Shown: positions 18,926 to 27,182 of the stretch, piece after piece
How the letters are laid out: each line of letters opens with the position of its first letter
Numbering within the stretch: the stretch's first letter is position 1
NCBI GenBank assembly: GCA_020444065.1
Contig: JAHLLQ010000010.1
Location: 11,677 to 75,676, forward strand
Source of the DNA: a bacterium
GTDB lineage: Bacteria > Sumerlaeota > Sumerlaeia > SLMS01 > JAHLLQ01
Reading direction: 5' to 3'
DNA length: 64,000 bases
Made by a program: the position numbers and the translations under genes
Notes under the pieces: generated by a model
What the model was told of the DNA's origin: nothing
Databases searched by the model: none
The model's input: the letters and a program-made list of their open reading frames with translations, nothing else

Positions 18926-19786
18926 ATGTCGCTTTTCCGCAAAACCGCAACTTTCCTTGAAATGATCAAGTTTTCTCACTCGGTGTTCGCGCTGCCGTTT
19001 GCGCTGATCGCGATGCTGGTCGCGGCCCAGGGCTGGCCGAGTTTCGGGACGTTTGTGTTGATTATCATCGCTGCGGTGTCTGCGCGGACCGCGGCGATGT
19101 GCTTCAATCGAATCGTCGACCGTGAGATCGACTCGCGAAATCCGCGGACGCGCGGGCGCGCGCTGGTCACGGGCGAATTGAGCATGGCGTTCGCCTGGAC
19201 GGCGCTGATCGTGGCAATTGTGGTTTTCTATGCGGCGGCCGCGGCGTTGAACTGGTTGTGCCTGGCGCTGGCGACGCCGTGCCTGGCGGTGCTGCTGGGG
19301 TACAGCCTGACGAAGCGATGGACGCAGTATGCGCACTTCGTGCTGGGGGCAGCGCTCGGGTTGGCGCCATTGGGGGCATGGATCGCCGTGCGTGGGTCGA
19401 TCGGGCTGTTTCCGATTCTGCTGGGGATCGCGGTGCTACTATGGGTTGCGGGCTTCGACATTCTGTACGCGTGCCAGGACTTCGAGACGGACAAGCGCGA
19501 GGGCGGGTTGCACTCGATTCCGAAGCGCTACGGCCTGGCCGGAGCAATGGCGTACGCGCGGCGCGTACATGTGGGAGCGGTGGTGATGTTTCTTCTGGCG
19601 TGGCTGGCGGGCAGCCCACCGCTAGGGGTGCTGTTCCTGCTGGGAATTCTGGGTGTGACGCTACTGATCCGGCATCAGCACAGCATCGTGAGTCCGCGGG
19701 ATCTGTCGCGAATCAACGCGGCGTTCTTCACGGCGAACGGGTTGATCAGTATCGGGCTGTTTCTGGTGGCGTGGCTGGATGTTTGA
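18926..19786 (+). CDS. UbiA-family prenyltransferase (MqnP-like)
   Basis: MIKFSHSVFALPFA, ARTAAMCFNRIVDREIDSRNPRT, YSLTKR, GFDILYACQD and AFFTANG. Confidence 0.9.
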   Translation: MSLFRKTATFLEMIKFSHSVFALPFALIAMLVAAQGWPSFGTFVLIIIAAVSARTAAMCFNRIVDREIDSRNPRTRGRALVTGELSMAFAWTALIVAIVVFYAAAAALNWLCLALATPCLAVLLGYSLTKRWTQYAHFVLGAALGLAPLGAWIAVRGSIGLFPILLGIAVLLWVAGFDILYACQDFETDKREGGLHSIPKRYGLAGAMAYARRVHVGAVVMFLLAWLAGSPPLGVLFLLGILGVTLLIRHQHSIVSPRDLSRINAAFFTANGLISIGLFLVAWLDV

Positions 19787-19960
19787 GTTCGCCCCCTTCG
19801 GGGACGATTCAGAGCCAGCCAGTCTACCCCGAGTTCCCTGTCGGTCACTCGGGGTCATTCAGCTTGGCCGCCCTTCGGGCGACCGCATCCTGCGGGAGAT
19901 AGCCACGGATCTGTTTGGCAATCAAGCCGACGGGTTTCTGCGGGGGTTCAGGGCGCGAAC
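19787..19960. ncRNA. Candidate structured RNA or ssDNA element of unknown family
   Basis: Three internal stems plus complementary ends (gttcgc...gcgaac). Two stems gain G-U pairs on the minus strand. Confidence 0.3.
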
Positions 19961-19988
19961 GTTTCTTGGATAAATCAAAGACTCTGGA

Positions 19989-20194
19989 GCTTGGGCAAGG
20001 ATCAGCCTTTGCCAAGGCTCCGGCGGACAAGGTGGAGCCGACGAGGCGCTCGCGAGGTGCTCGCTTGCCCTGGGCTGGTATGCTGAATCCCCCTTGGGGA
20101 TTCTTGGTCGCGCGTGGGCCAGGTTGATGGGTGGATGGAAGGAACGGAGAGGCGGCGTCACTGGGACTTGAGCAAGGATGCTCAGGTCACCTCA
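19989..20194 (+). repeat. Diverged single copy of the 213-bp composite palindromic repeat
   Basis: Shares gccaaggct.cggcggacaaggtggagccgacgaggcgctcgc, gccctgggctggtatg.tgaatcccc.ttggggatt and cttgagcaaggatgctca with the array at 24335-24916. Confidence 0.9.
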
Positions 20195-20221
20195 GTTCAC
20201 AAGCTCGCTTGCTGGGTTACG

Positions 20222-21571
20222 TCATGGTTCGCGGTGGAGTTTGGCGAAGGGGGCGAGGGTGTAGAGGGTGCCTGTTGCCAGGGTGGTTTGGCCGTGGGCG
20301 CGGGCAGTGGCGAATGCGGTGTCGGCGGTGGGGGCTGTCTCGGCATTGAAGCCGGCCTCGCGGGCGATTTGGGCGAGGGTTTCGGGATCGGCTCCGCGGC
20401 CGCCGGGGACTTCGTAAGCGACGACGCGTGCGATCTGATCCGCCAGGCCGTGTGCGGTGAGTTCGGCGAGGAAACGGGCGGCGTCTTTGTCGCGCTGCAT
20501 GCCCCAGAGCAGTGTGAAGGGGCCGAGGGAGAGCTGGGTCAGCGCGGTGCCAAGGGCGGAGGCGCTGAGCGGGCAGTGGGCTCCGTCCAGGACAAGCGCC
20601 GGCGCGCCGGGCAGGACCTCGAGACGGCCGGGCCAGGAGACCTGTGCGGCTCCTTCGATCAAGTGATCTTCTTTCAATGTGATGTCTTGTGCACTGGCGA
20701 AGGCCTCCGCCGCGGCGATGGCCATGGAGAGGTTTCGTGCCTGGTGGTCGCCGAGAAGCGCCAGGCGAAGCCGGATTGTGCGGCCGCGCCATTGTACTTC
20801 GAGGATCTGGCCATCGATGCGGCGTTCGATGATTCGGACGGGGACGGGTTGGAGAATCCGCGCGCCAAGTTCCTGGGCACGGGCTATGGCGACTTCGCGG
20901 GCGCGCTGCTGGGGCTCCGTCTGAGGCTCGAAGATCACCACAGGGCGATGTGGCTTGATGATGCCGGCTTTTTCGGCGGCTATCAGCTCGATGGTAGAGC
21001 CGAGGAGGCGGGTGTGCTCCATGCCGATGGGCGTGATGACGGATACGATGGGGTCGATGATGTTGGTGCAGTCGAGACGGCCGCCGAGGCCGACTTCGAG
21101 GATCCCAGCAGTCGTGCAGCGGTGGGCAAATTCAATGAATGCAAGAGCCGTAAGTACTTCAAATACAGTGCGCAACGAATGCGTGTTGTCAAGCTGTTTT
21201 GCTTGTCGCTCTGTCAGATCGGGTCGGAGGCGTTCCAGGGCTGCTCCGAACTCGTCAAGCGGCCAGGGAGTGCCGTCGAAACGGAAGCGCTGGCCGTAGT
21301 GCTCAAGATGCGGAGAAGTGAAGAGGCCCGTGCGGGCGCCGGCAGCGCGGAGGATCGATTCGGTGAGGGCGGCGGTGGAGCCTTTGCCTTTGGTTCCGGC
21401 GATGTGGATCCAGGGTGTACGGCGGTGGGCGTTTCCGAGGCGCGAAACCCAGCCGCGAAAGCCGTCGAGGTTGTATTCCTGCTCGCCGTAGCGACGTGCC
21501 GCGGGTGTGCGTTCGAGGTCGGTCAGACGCTGAAGGAGTGGGAACTGAGTGGCGGCGGGATTGTCGGCCAT
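20222..21571 (-). CDS. folC: Folylpolyglutamate/dihydrofolate synthase
   Basis: IHIAGTKGKGST, FTSPHL, EVGLGGRLDCTN, EKAGIIK, WPGRLE and LDGAH. Confidence 0.94.
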   Translation of the reverse strand: MADNPAATQFPLLQRLTDLERTPAARRYGEQEYNLDGFRGWVSRLGNAHRRTPWIHIAGTKGKGSTAALTESILRAAGARTGLFTSPHLEHYGQRFRFDGTPWPLDEFGAALERLRPDLTERQAKQLDNTHSLRTVFEVLTALAFIEFAHRCTTAGILEVGLGGRLDCTNIIDPIVSVITPIGMEHTRLLGSTIELIAAEKAGIIKPHRPVVIFEPQTEPQQRAREVAIARAQELGARILQPVPVRIIERRIDGQILEVQWRGRTIRLRLALLGDHQARNLSMAIAAAEAFASAQDITLKEDHLIEGAAQVSWPGRLEVLPGAPALVLDGAHCPLSASALGTALTQLSLGPFTLLWGMQRDKDAARFLAELTAHGLADQIARVVAYEVPGGRGADPETLAQIAREAGFNAETAPTADTAFATARAHGQTTLATGTLYTLAPFAKLHREP

Positions 21572-21572
21572 G

Positions 21573-22670
21573 TTACTCGGTCCGCTGACGGGACTGGCCG
21601 GCGAGCTGGCCGCAGGCGCCGCTGACGTCGAGGGCCTTGGACCAGCGGATGCTGGCGGTCAGGTTTGCATCGAGAAGAATCTGCTGAAAGTTCGCTATAG
21701 CTTCGTCTTCGGGGCGTTCGTATGGGAGCGCGGGATCGGGATTGAACGGGATGACGTTGACCTTGCACGGGACGCGTTTGACGAGTTTCGCGACTTGGCG
21801 CGCATGGGCAGCGGAGTCGTTGACATTGCCGAGAAGGACGTACTCGAAGGTGACGCGTTCGCGAGTCCGCAGGGGGAAGCGCGCGACCGTATCGAGCAGA
21901 TCCTCCAGAGGGTACTTGCGGGTGATCGGCATGATGTCCTGGCGCTCGGCGTTGGTCGGCGAGTTGAGACTGATCGCGAGGCCGACGCCAAGGTCGGCGG
22001 CGGCCAGCTTCTCCAGGCCGGGAATGATGCCGCTGGTGGAGACGGTAAGGCGGCGGTTCGAGATGTTGACGCCTTCCTGGTCGGTCAGGATCCGGACGGA
22101 GGCGATCACGTTCTCGGGGTTGAGCATCGGCTCGCCCATGCCCATGTACACGATGTTACGAAGGAAGCGGCCGTCGTCGAGCTGCTCGAGGTGGGCGCGG
22201 GTGATGAGGACCTGGTCGACGATCTCGTCGGGGGTCATGTTTCGGTAGAAGCCATTCATGCCGGTGACGCAGAATTTGCAGTCGACGGCGCAGCCAACCT
22301 GGGAACTGACGCAAAGGGTCATCTTGTCGGCGTTGTTGCCGCTGCCGGGCATGAGGACGGCTTCGACCTTGAGGCCGTCGCGGAGGCGAAGGAGAAACTT
22401 GATGCTGCCATCGGTTGAGACGAGGGCACGCTCGATGCCGTCGACTCCGCCGAGGCGCGTGTTCTCGATCAGCCACTGGCGCAGGTCGGCGGGCAGGTTC
22501 TTCATGGCGGCGATGTCGCGAACGCCTTTGCGATGCAGCCAATGGAAGACTTGCTTCCCGCGGAATGCGGGGAATCCGGCGTCCTCGATGAATTGAATGA
22601 GGTCCTCGCGCGGAAAGGCGCGAAGGGCGGGCCGGGGATCGGCGGCGTTTGTGGGGTTCGCGGTCGTCAT
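21573..22670 (-). CDS. rlmN: 23S rRNA m2A2503 radical-SAM methyltransferase
   Basis: CVSSQVGCAVDCKFC, NIVYMGMGEP, FEYVLL and GACGQL. Confidence 0.96.
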   Translation of the reverse strand: MTTANPTNAADPRPALRAFPREDLIQFIEDAGFPAFRGKQVFHWLHRKGVRDIAAMKNLPADLRQWLIENTRLGGVDGIERALVSTDGSIKFLLRLRDGLKVEAVLMPGSGNNADKMTLCVSSQVGCAVDCKFCVTGMNGFYRNMTPDEIVDQVLITRAHLEQLDDGRFLRNIVYMGMGEPMLNPENVIASVRILTDQEGVNISNRRLTVSTSGIIPGLEKLAAADLGVGLAISLNSPTNAERQDIMPITRKYPLEDLLDTVARFPLRTRERVTFEYVLLGNVNDSAAHARQVAKLVKRVPCKVNVIPFNPDPALPYERPEDEAIANFQQILLDANLTASIRWSKALDVSGACGQLAGQSRQRTE

Positions 22671-22743
22671 GGGCGGCAGCTTCGTGATGAGTTCCGGGCC
22701 GAGCAAGGGCGATTATTCTTTCGGGTGAGGATCGAAGCAAGAT

Positions 22744-23736
22744 ATGAGCGCGATGGTCGTGTTCGTCTCGGTGGTGGCATCGGTGGTTCCGCTGACGGCG
22801 GTGCTGCTGGTGGTGTGGTGGCTGGATCGGTACGAGCGCGAGCCATTGTGGACGCTGGCGCTGGCGTTTGCGTGGGGGGCTTTCGGGGCGACGATGTTCT
22901 CGGCTCTGCTGGAGGTGATCCTGCAGGTGCCGGTGGCGTTCGTATTGGATGCGGAGCATCAGCAGTATTTTCTCGCGATTGTGGCGGCGCCGCCGATTGA
23001 GGAGTTCTTCAAGGGCCTGTTCATCGTCGGGCTGCTGTTCCTGGGGCGCTGGCTGGATAACCTGACGGACGGCGTGATCTACGGGGTTGCGGTGGGGCTG
23101 GGGTTCGCAATGGCGGAGAACTTCGCGTATTTCTTGCAGAGCTATGCAAGCGGCGGCGTGAGTGCATGGGTGACGGTGATCGTGTTTCGGACGCTGTTCA
23201 CGTCGGCGATGCACGCGGCGGCCACGGCGACTTTGGGTGCGTGCCTGGGGTTCGGCTGGCAACGGGCGATGCGGCCGGCTGGGATGGTCCTGCTGGCGCT
23301 GGGGGGCTATTCAGCGGCCGTCGTGATGCATTTCATCTGGAACAGCCTGGCAGTGTTGAGTGCGATGACGGAACACCTGGGGTTCAGTCTGATCGGCGCG
23401 ATGTTGATTGTGGGGGCGATTATCTTGTACCTGATCGTTCTGCAGGTGGCGTTGCATCACGAGCACAAGTTGCTGCTGCGGGAGTTGGAAGGCGAGGCGG
23501 CGCAAGGGTACTTCCCGGCGGAGCACGCGGCGGCCGTGGCGAGTTCGATCCGCCGGCGGCAGGACGATTGGCTGGATCCGCGAGTGGATCAGCATGCTTA
23601 TGTTGCGGTGGCGGTTCGGTTGGCCATGGCAAGAAGTCGGTGGAGATTCAGCCAGGGCCAGACTCGTGAGGAGTTAGCCTGGAGGATCAATGACTTGAGG
23701 AAGGAGCTGGCTAAGCTGCGCTACGACGTACTATAA
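22744..23736 (+). CDS. PrsW-family intramembrane metalloprotease
   Basis: WLDRYEREP, APPIEEFFK, DGVIYG..VGLGFAMAEN, MHA and MHFIWN. Confidence 0.9.
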   Translation: MSAMVVFVSVVASVVPLTAVLLVVWWLDRYEREPLWTLALAFAWGAFGATMFSALLEVILQVPVAFVLDAEHQQYFLAIVAAPPIEEFFKGLFIVGLLFLGRWLDNLTDGVIYGVAVGLGFAMAENFAYFLQSYASGGVSAWVTVIVFRTLFTSAMHAAATATLGACLGFGWQRAMRPAGMVLLALGGYSAAVVMHFIWNSLAVLSAMTEHLGFSLIGAMLIVGAIILYLIVLQVALHHEHKLLLRELEGEAAQGYFPAEHAAAVASSIRRRQDDWLDPRVDQHAYVAVAVRLAMARSRWRFSQGQTREELAWRINDLRKELAKLRYDVL

Positions 23737-24215
23737 GGTTTTTTAATGTTCTTCTTAAGAGAAAGCAGCAGTAGTACTAGGGCCTGTGAGAACAGGGGAG
23801 AACGCTTCAAGCGGCTGGATTTCTTCGAGTTAGATGGGGTTGCAGGTCTGGAAGAGCTGGGGACGGATTTGTGGGCGATTGTGAAAAGATAGTCGATGGC
23901 GCGCGCGTGTCCGAATTCACAGCCTTGTAGCAGTGGAAAGCCTGTGAAAAGTCCATCTGGGAAGAAAATCGAATATTAAGATTTGATTAACCTGGGGTTA
24001 CGGAATATTTGGGGGTGGGTTTCAACGGTACTCCGCGGATGAGCTTTTCCACAGAACTTATCCACAGGTGGGACAGTGCGAATCCGCGATTCATGATTTC
24101 ATGTAAGATCAATTTTTTCAATATTCTAAAGTGTTGTAACGTTATTTATATCCGTTCATAAATCGCGAGTAATTCACAGGGCCTGTGGATAACTTTTGTG
24201 CGAAAAAGTTTACGT
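23737..24215. other. Putative chromosomal replication origin (oriC) / DnaA-box cluster
   Basis: Consensus boxes TTTTCCACA 24045-24053, TTATCCACA 24058-24066 and TGTGGATAA 24184-24192. One-mismatch boxes at 23880, 23943, 24170 and 24197. The minus strand at 23737-23803 reads gttctcccct gttctcaca ggccc tagtactactgctgct followed by an AT-rich tract (box-GGCCC-DnaA-trio layout). Confidence 0.8.
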
Positions 24216-24334
24216 TAATTGAGTCACTTTGGCGCGGCGATCTTTCGAGTAGTCTCATAATTCGTGGGGGGTTGGGAGATGGGGGTGTTGCACGCCTTCA
24301 GCGTGCGGGGTCTGGGGACCTATGGACCCAGGGC

Positions 24335-24916
24335 GGCGCTCGCGAGGTGCTCGCTTGCCCTGGGCTGGTATGTTGAATCCCCGTTGGGGATTCTTGGTCG
24401 CGGGTGGGCGAGGTCGGCGGGTGGGTGGAAGGGACGGAGGGGCGGCGTCACTGGGGCTTGAGCAAGGATGCTCAAGTCACCTCAAGAAGACGTTGTTGCA
24501 GCCTTCCACTTTCGCCAAGGCTGCGGCGGACAAGGTGGAGCCGACGAGGCGCTCGCCAAGGGCTCGCCTGCCCTGGGCTGGTATGTTGAATCCCCGTTGG
24601 GGATTCTTGGTCGCGGGTGGGCGAGGTCGGCGGGTGGGTGGAAGGGACGGAGGGGCGGCGTCACTGGGGCTTGAGCAAGGATGCTCAAGTCACCTCAAGA
24701 AGACGTTGTTGCAGCCTTCCACTTTCGCCAAGGCTGCGGCGGACAAGGTGGAGCCGACGAGGCGCTCGCCAAGGGCTCGCCTGCCCTGGGCTGGTATGTT
24801 GAATCCCCGTTGGGGATTCTTGGTCGCGGGTGGGCGAGGTCGGCGGGTGGGTGGAAGGGATGGGGTGGGCGACGTCACTGGGGCTTGAGCAAGGATGCTC
24901 AAGTCACCTCAAGAAG
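24335..24916 (+). repeat. Tandem array of about 2.7 x 213-bp composite REP/BIME-like units
   Basis: tgccctgggctggtatg begins at 24356, 24569 and 24782 (period 213). The units are near-identical and each contains several short palindromes. Confidence 0.95.
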
Positions 24917-24935
24917 CTAGTTCGCGGGGCCTCAA

Positions 24936-27182
24936 TCAGGAGTCGATCTTCTTGAGGCGGGAGAAGTTGAGGGTGATTTCCTGGCTTCGGCCGTCGTCGA
25001 ATTCGACGTAGACTTTGGAGGCGCTGAAGCCGGCGGAGACTTCGGTGATGGTGCCGGGGCCGAGGACTGGATCTTCGACGCGATCGCCGACGTTGAAGCC
25101 GGCACGGCGGGTCTGCTTCGCGCGGCGCATGCCGGAGAGGGGCGAGACGGAGCTGCTGGCGGGGGAGCGGCGCGCCCAGGAGGAAGCGCTCGGGCGGCTG
25201 GAGTAGCCGCTGTATCGGCTGCGTCCGGAGAGGCCGAGGGTTTCCTGGCCGAGCTGGTCGAGGACTTCCTGCGGGAGCTCGCGCAGGAAGACGGATGGTT
25301 CGGTGTAATCCCATTGGCCGTAGGTCATGCGGCGTTCGGCGCGGGAGAGGTAAACGCGCCGGCGCGCGCGGGTGAGCGCGACGTAAAAGAGGCGGCGTTC
25401 TTCTTCGAATTGTTCCGGGTTATCGACGGTGCGGCTGTTGGGAAAGACGCCCTGGTCGAGGGCAACGATGAAGACGTAGTCGAACTCGAGGCCCTTTGCG
25501 TTGTGGACGGTCATGAGACTGACTTTGGGCGAGTCGTCGCGTTCTTCGCGTTGGGAATCGAGCGCCATGGTCTCGAGGAAGAACGCGAGGGAGTGGTCGG
25601 CGTATTCGGCCTCGAATTCGGAAACGACCGTTTCGAGTTCGTCGATGTTCTCGAGTCGCGCTGCGCCATCGAGGGATTCCGGATCGCCGACGCCCTGCTT
25701 TCGATAGTCCGTGTCTTCGAGGATCGCCTTCAAGATCTTCGATGTCGGTTCCTCGGCTGCCATGACGTGCCACTTCTTTACATCGGCAAGGAATTTCTCG
25801 AGCCCTTTACGGGCTTTACCTTTAAAGGCGTCTTCGGCGAGAAGTTGACGGGCGGCTTCGAATTGGCTGCAGCTCCGGAAAACGGCGCGCGAGGCGATAT
25901 CGGAGAAGGACTTTGCACCAATTCCACGCGTCGGAACGTTGACAATGCGTTGGAATGCAAGGTCGTTGGTTGGTTGATCGGCCAGGCGAAGGAAAGAGAG
26001 GAGATCCTTGATTTCGCGCCGTTCATAAAACCGCATTCCGCCGATGATGCGATAAGGAACCTTGGCGCGGATGAAGGCATCTTCAAATGGGCGCGAGATG
26101 CGATGGCTGCGATAGAAGATGGCGACATCCTCGGGGTTCGCATCCTGGGCGTAGAGGAGGGTTGAGATGCTCTTCGCAACCTGCTCGGCCTCTTCGCGAT
26201 CGTCCGTACCGCTGATTGTGTAGAATGGATCGCCAAGTTCCTTTTCGGTCCAGAGTTTCTTACCGATGCGCATCGAGTTGTTTTCGATGACGGCGCCGGC
26301 GCCTTTCAGAATGTTTCCAGCAGACCGATAATTCTGTTCCAGGCGGATGAGTTTTGTATCTGGGAATTCCTTCTGGAATCCAAGGAGATTGGAAACATCC
26401 GCGCCACGCCAGGAGTAGATCGACTGATCTTCGTCGCCCACGACGCAGATGTGATGATGGTCCTGGACGAGGAGTTTTACCAATTCGAACTGGCTGTAGT
26501 TAGTATCCTGGAATTCATCGATCAGGACATAGCGGTACTTGTCGGCCCAGCGTTTCCGAACTTCTTCGTGTTCGCGGAACAGGCGCACGCAACGGAAGAT
26601 GAGATCTTCGAAATCGAGCGCGTTATTATCATTCAACACGCGGTCGTAGTGTTCGTAGATTTCGGCGTAGGGAATCTCCGACGAGTCGAACTCCTCGCGG
26701 CACTCGGTCGGGGTCAGGAGTTTCATTTTGGCGAGTGTGATAAAGTGGAGCGCCTGGCCCGGTTTGACGCGCTTTGGGTCGATGTCGCAGGCCTCCATGG
26801 CTTTCTTCACGGCGGTCTGCTGGTCGTGCTCGTCGAGAATTGCAAAGTTCCGTTCGAGGCCTGCCGATGCGGCTTCGCGGCGCAGGATGGCAGCACAGCG
26901 GCTATGGAATGTCGAAATAGCCAGGGAGGGGTCGTCCGGGACACTCAGCAAATAGCAAATCCGCGAACGCATTTCTCGCGCGGCCTTGTTCGTGAATGTG
27001 ACGGCGAGAATTTGCCACAGCGGAATACCCACCACATGCGAAAGGTACGCAATGCGGTGGGTAATGACGCGGGTCTTTCCGCTGCCTGCGCCGGCGATGA
27101 CCATGAGCGGGGTGCCATGGTGCGTGACGGCTTCCTGCTGCTGCGGGTTCAGGTTTGCAAGGATTTGCTGTTCCAGATCCAT
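24936..27182 (-). CDS. pcrA: UvrD/PcrA superfamily I DNA helicase
   Basis: AGAGSGKT, VTFTNKAA, IDEFQDTN, VGDEDQSIYSWRGA, LEQNYRS, MTVHNAKGLEF, EERRLFYVALTRA and a C-terminal Tudor-like domain. Confidence 0.93.
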   Translation of the reverse strand: MDLEQQILANLNPQQQEAVTHHGTPLMVIAGAGSGKTRVITHRIAYLSHVVGIPLWQILAVTFTNKAAREMRSRICYLLSVPDDPSLAISTFHSRCAAILRREAASAGLERNFAILDEHDQQTAVKKAMEACDIDPKRVKPGQALHFITLAKMKLLTPTECREEFDSSEIPYAEIYEHYDRVLNDNNALDFEDLIFRCVRLFREHEEVRKRWADKYRYVLIDEFQDTNYSQFELVKLLVQDHHHICVVGDEDQSIYSWRGADVSNLLGFQKEFPDTKLIRLEQNYRSAGNILKGAGAVIENNSMRIGKKLWTEKELGDPFYTISGTDDREEAEQVAKSISTLLYAQDANPEDVAIFYRSHRISRPFEDAFIRAKVPYRIIGGMRFYERREIKDLLSFLRLADQPTNDLAFQRIVNVPTRGIGAKSFSDIASRAVFRSCSQFEAARQLLAEDAFKGKARKGLEKFLADVKKWHVMAAEEPTSKILKAILEDTDYRKQGVGDPESLDGAARLENIDELETVVSEFEAEYADHSLAFFLETMALDSQREERDDSPKVSLMTVHNAKGLEFDYVFIVALDQGVFPNSRTVDNPEQFEEERRLFYVALTRARRRVYLSRAERRMTYGQWDYTEPSVFLRELPQEVLDQLGQETLGLSGRSRYSGYSSRPSASSWARRSPASSSVSPLSGMRRAKQTRRAGFNVGDRVEDPVLGPGTITEVSAGFSASKVYVEFDDGRSQEITLNFSRLKKIDS

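Noticed and set aside
19787..19960. Assignment as a c-di-AMP riboswitch, SRP RNA or 6S RNA
   Set aside because: Only short fragments resemble these families, the order of conserved blocks does not match, and the element is not in a 5' leader.
24335..24916. Possible CRISPR array
   Set aside because: Whole 213-bp units repeat with no unique spacers, and there are no cas genes.
24322..24920. ORFs within the tandem array, and similar ORFs at 19915-20349 and 59204-60169
   Set aside because: They are translations of palindromic repeats with no RBS or protein-like features.
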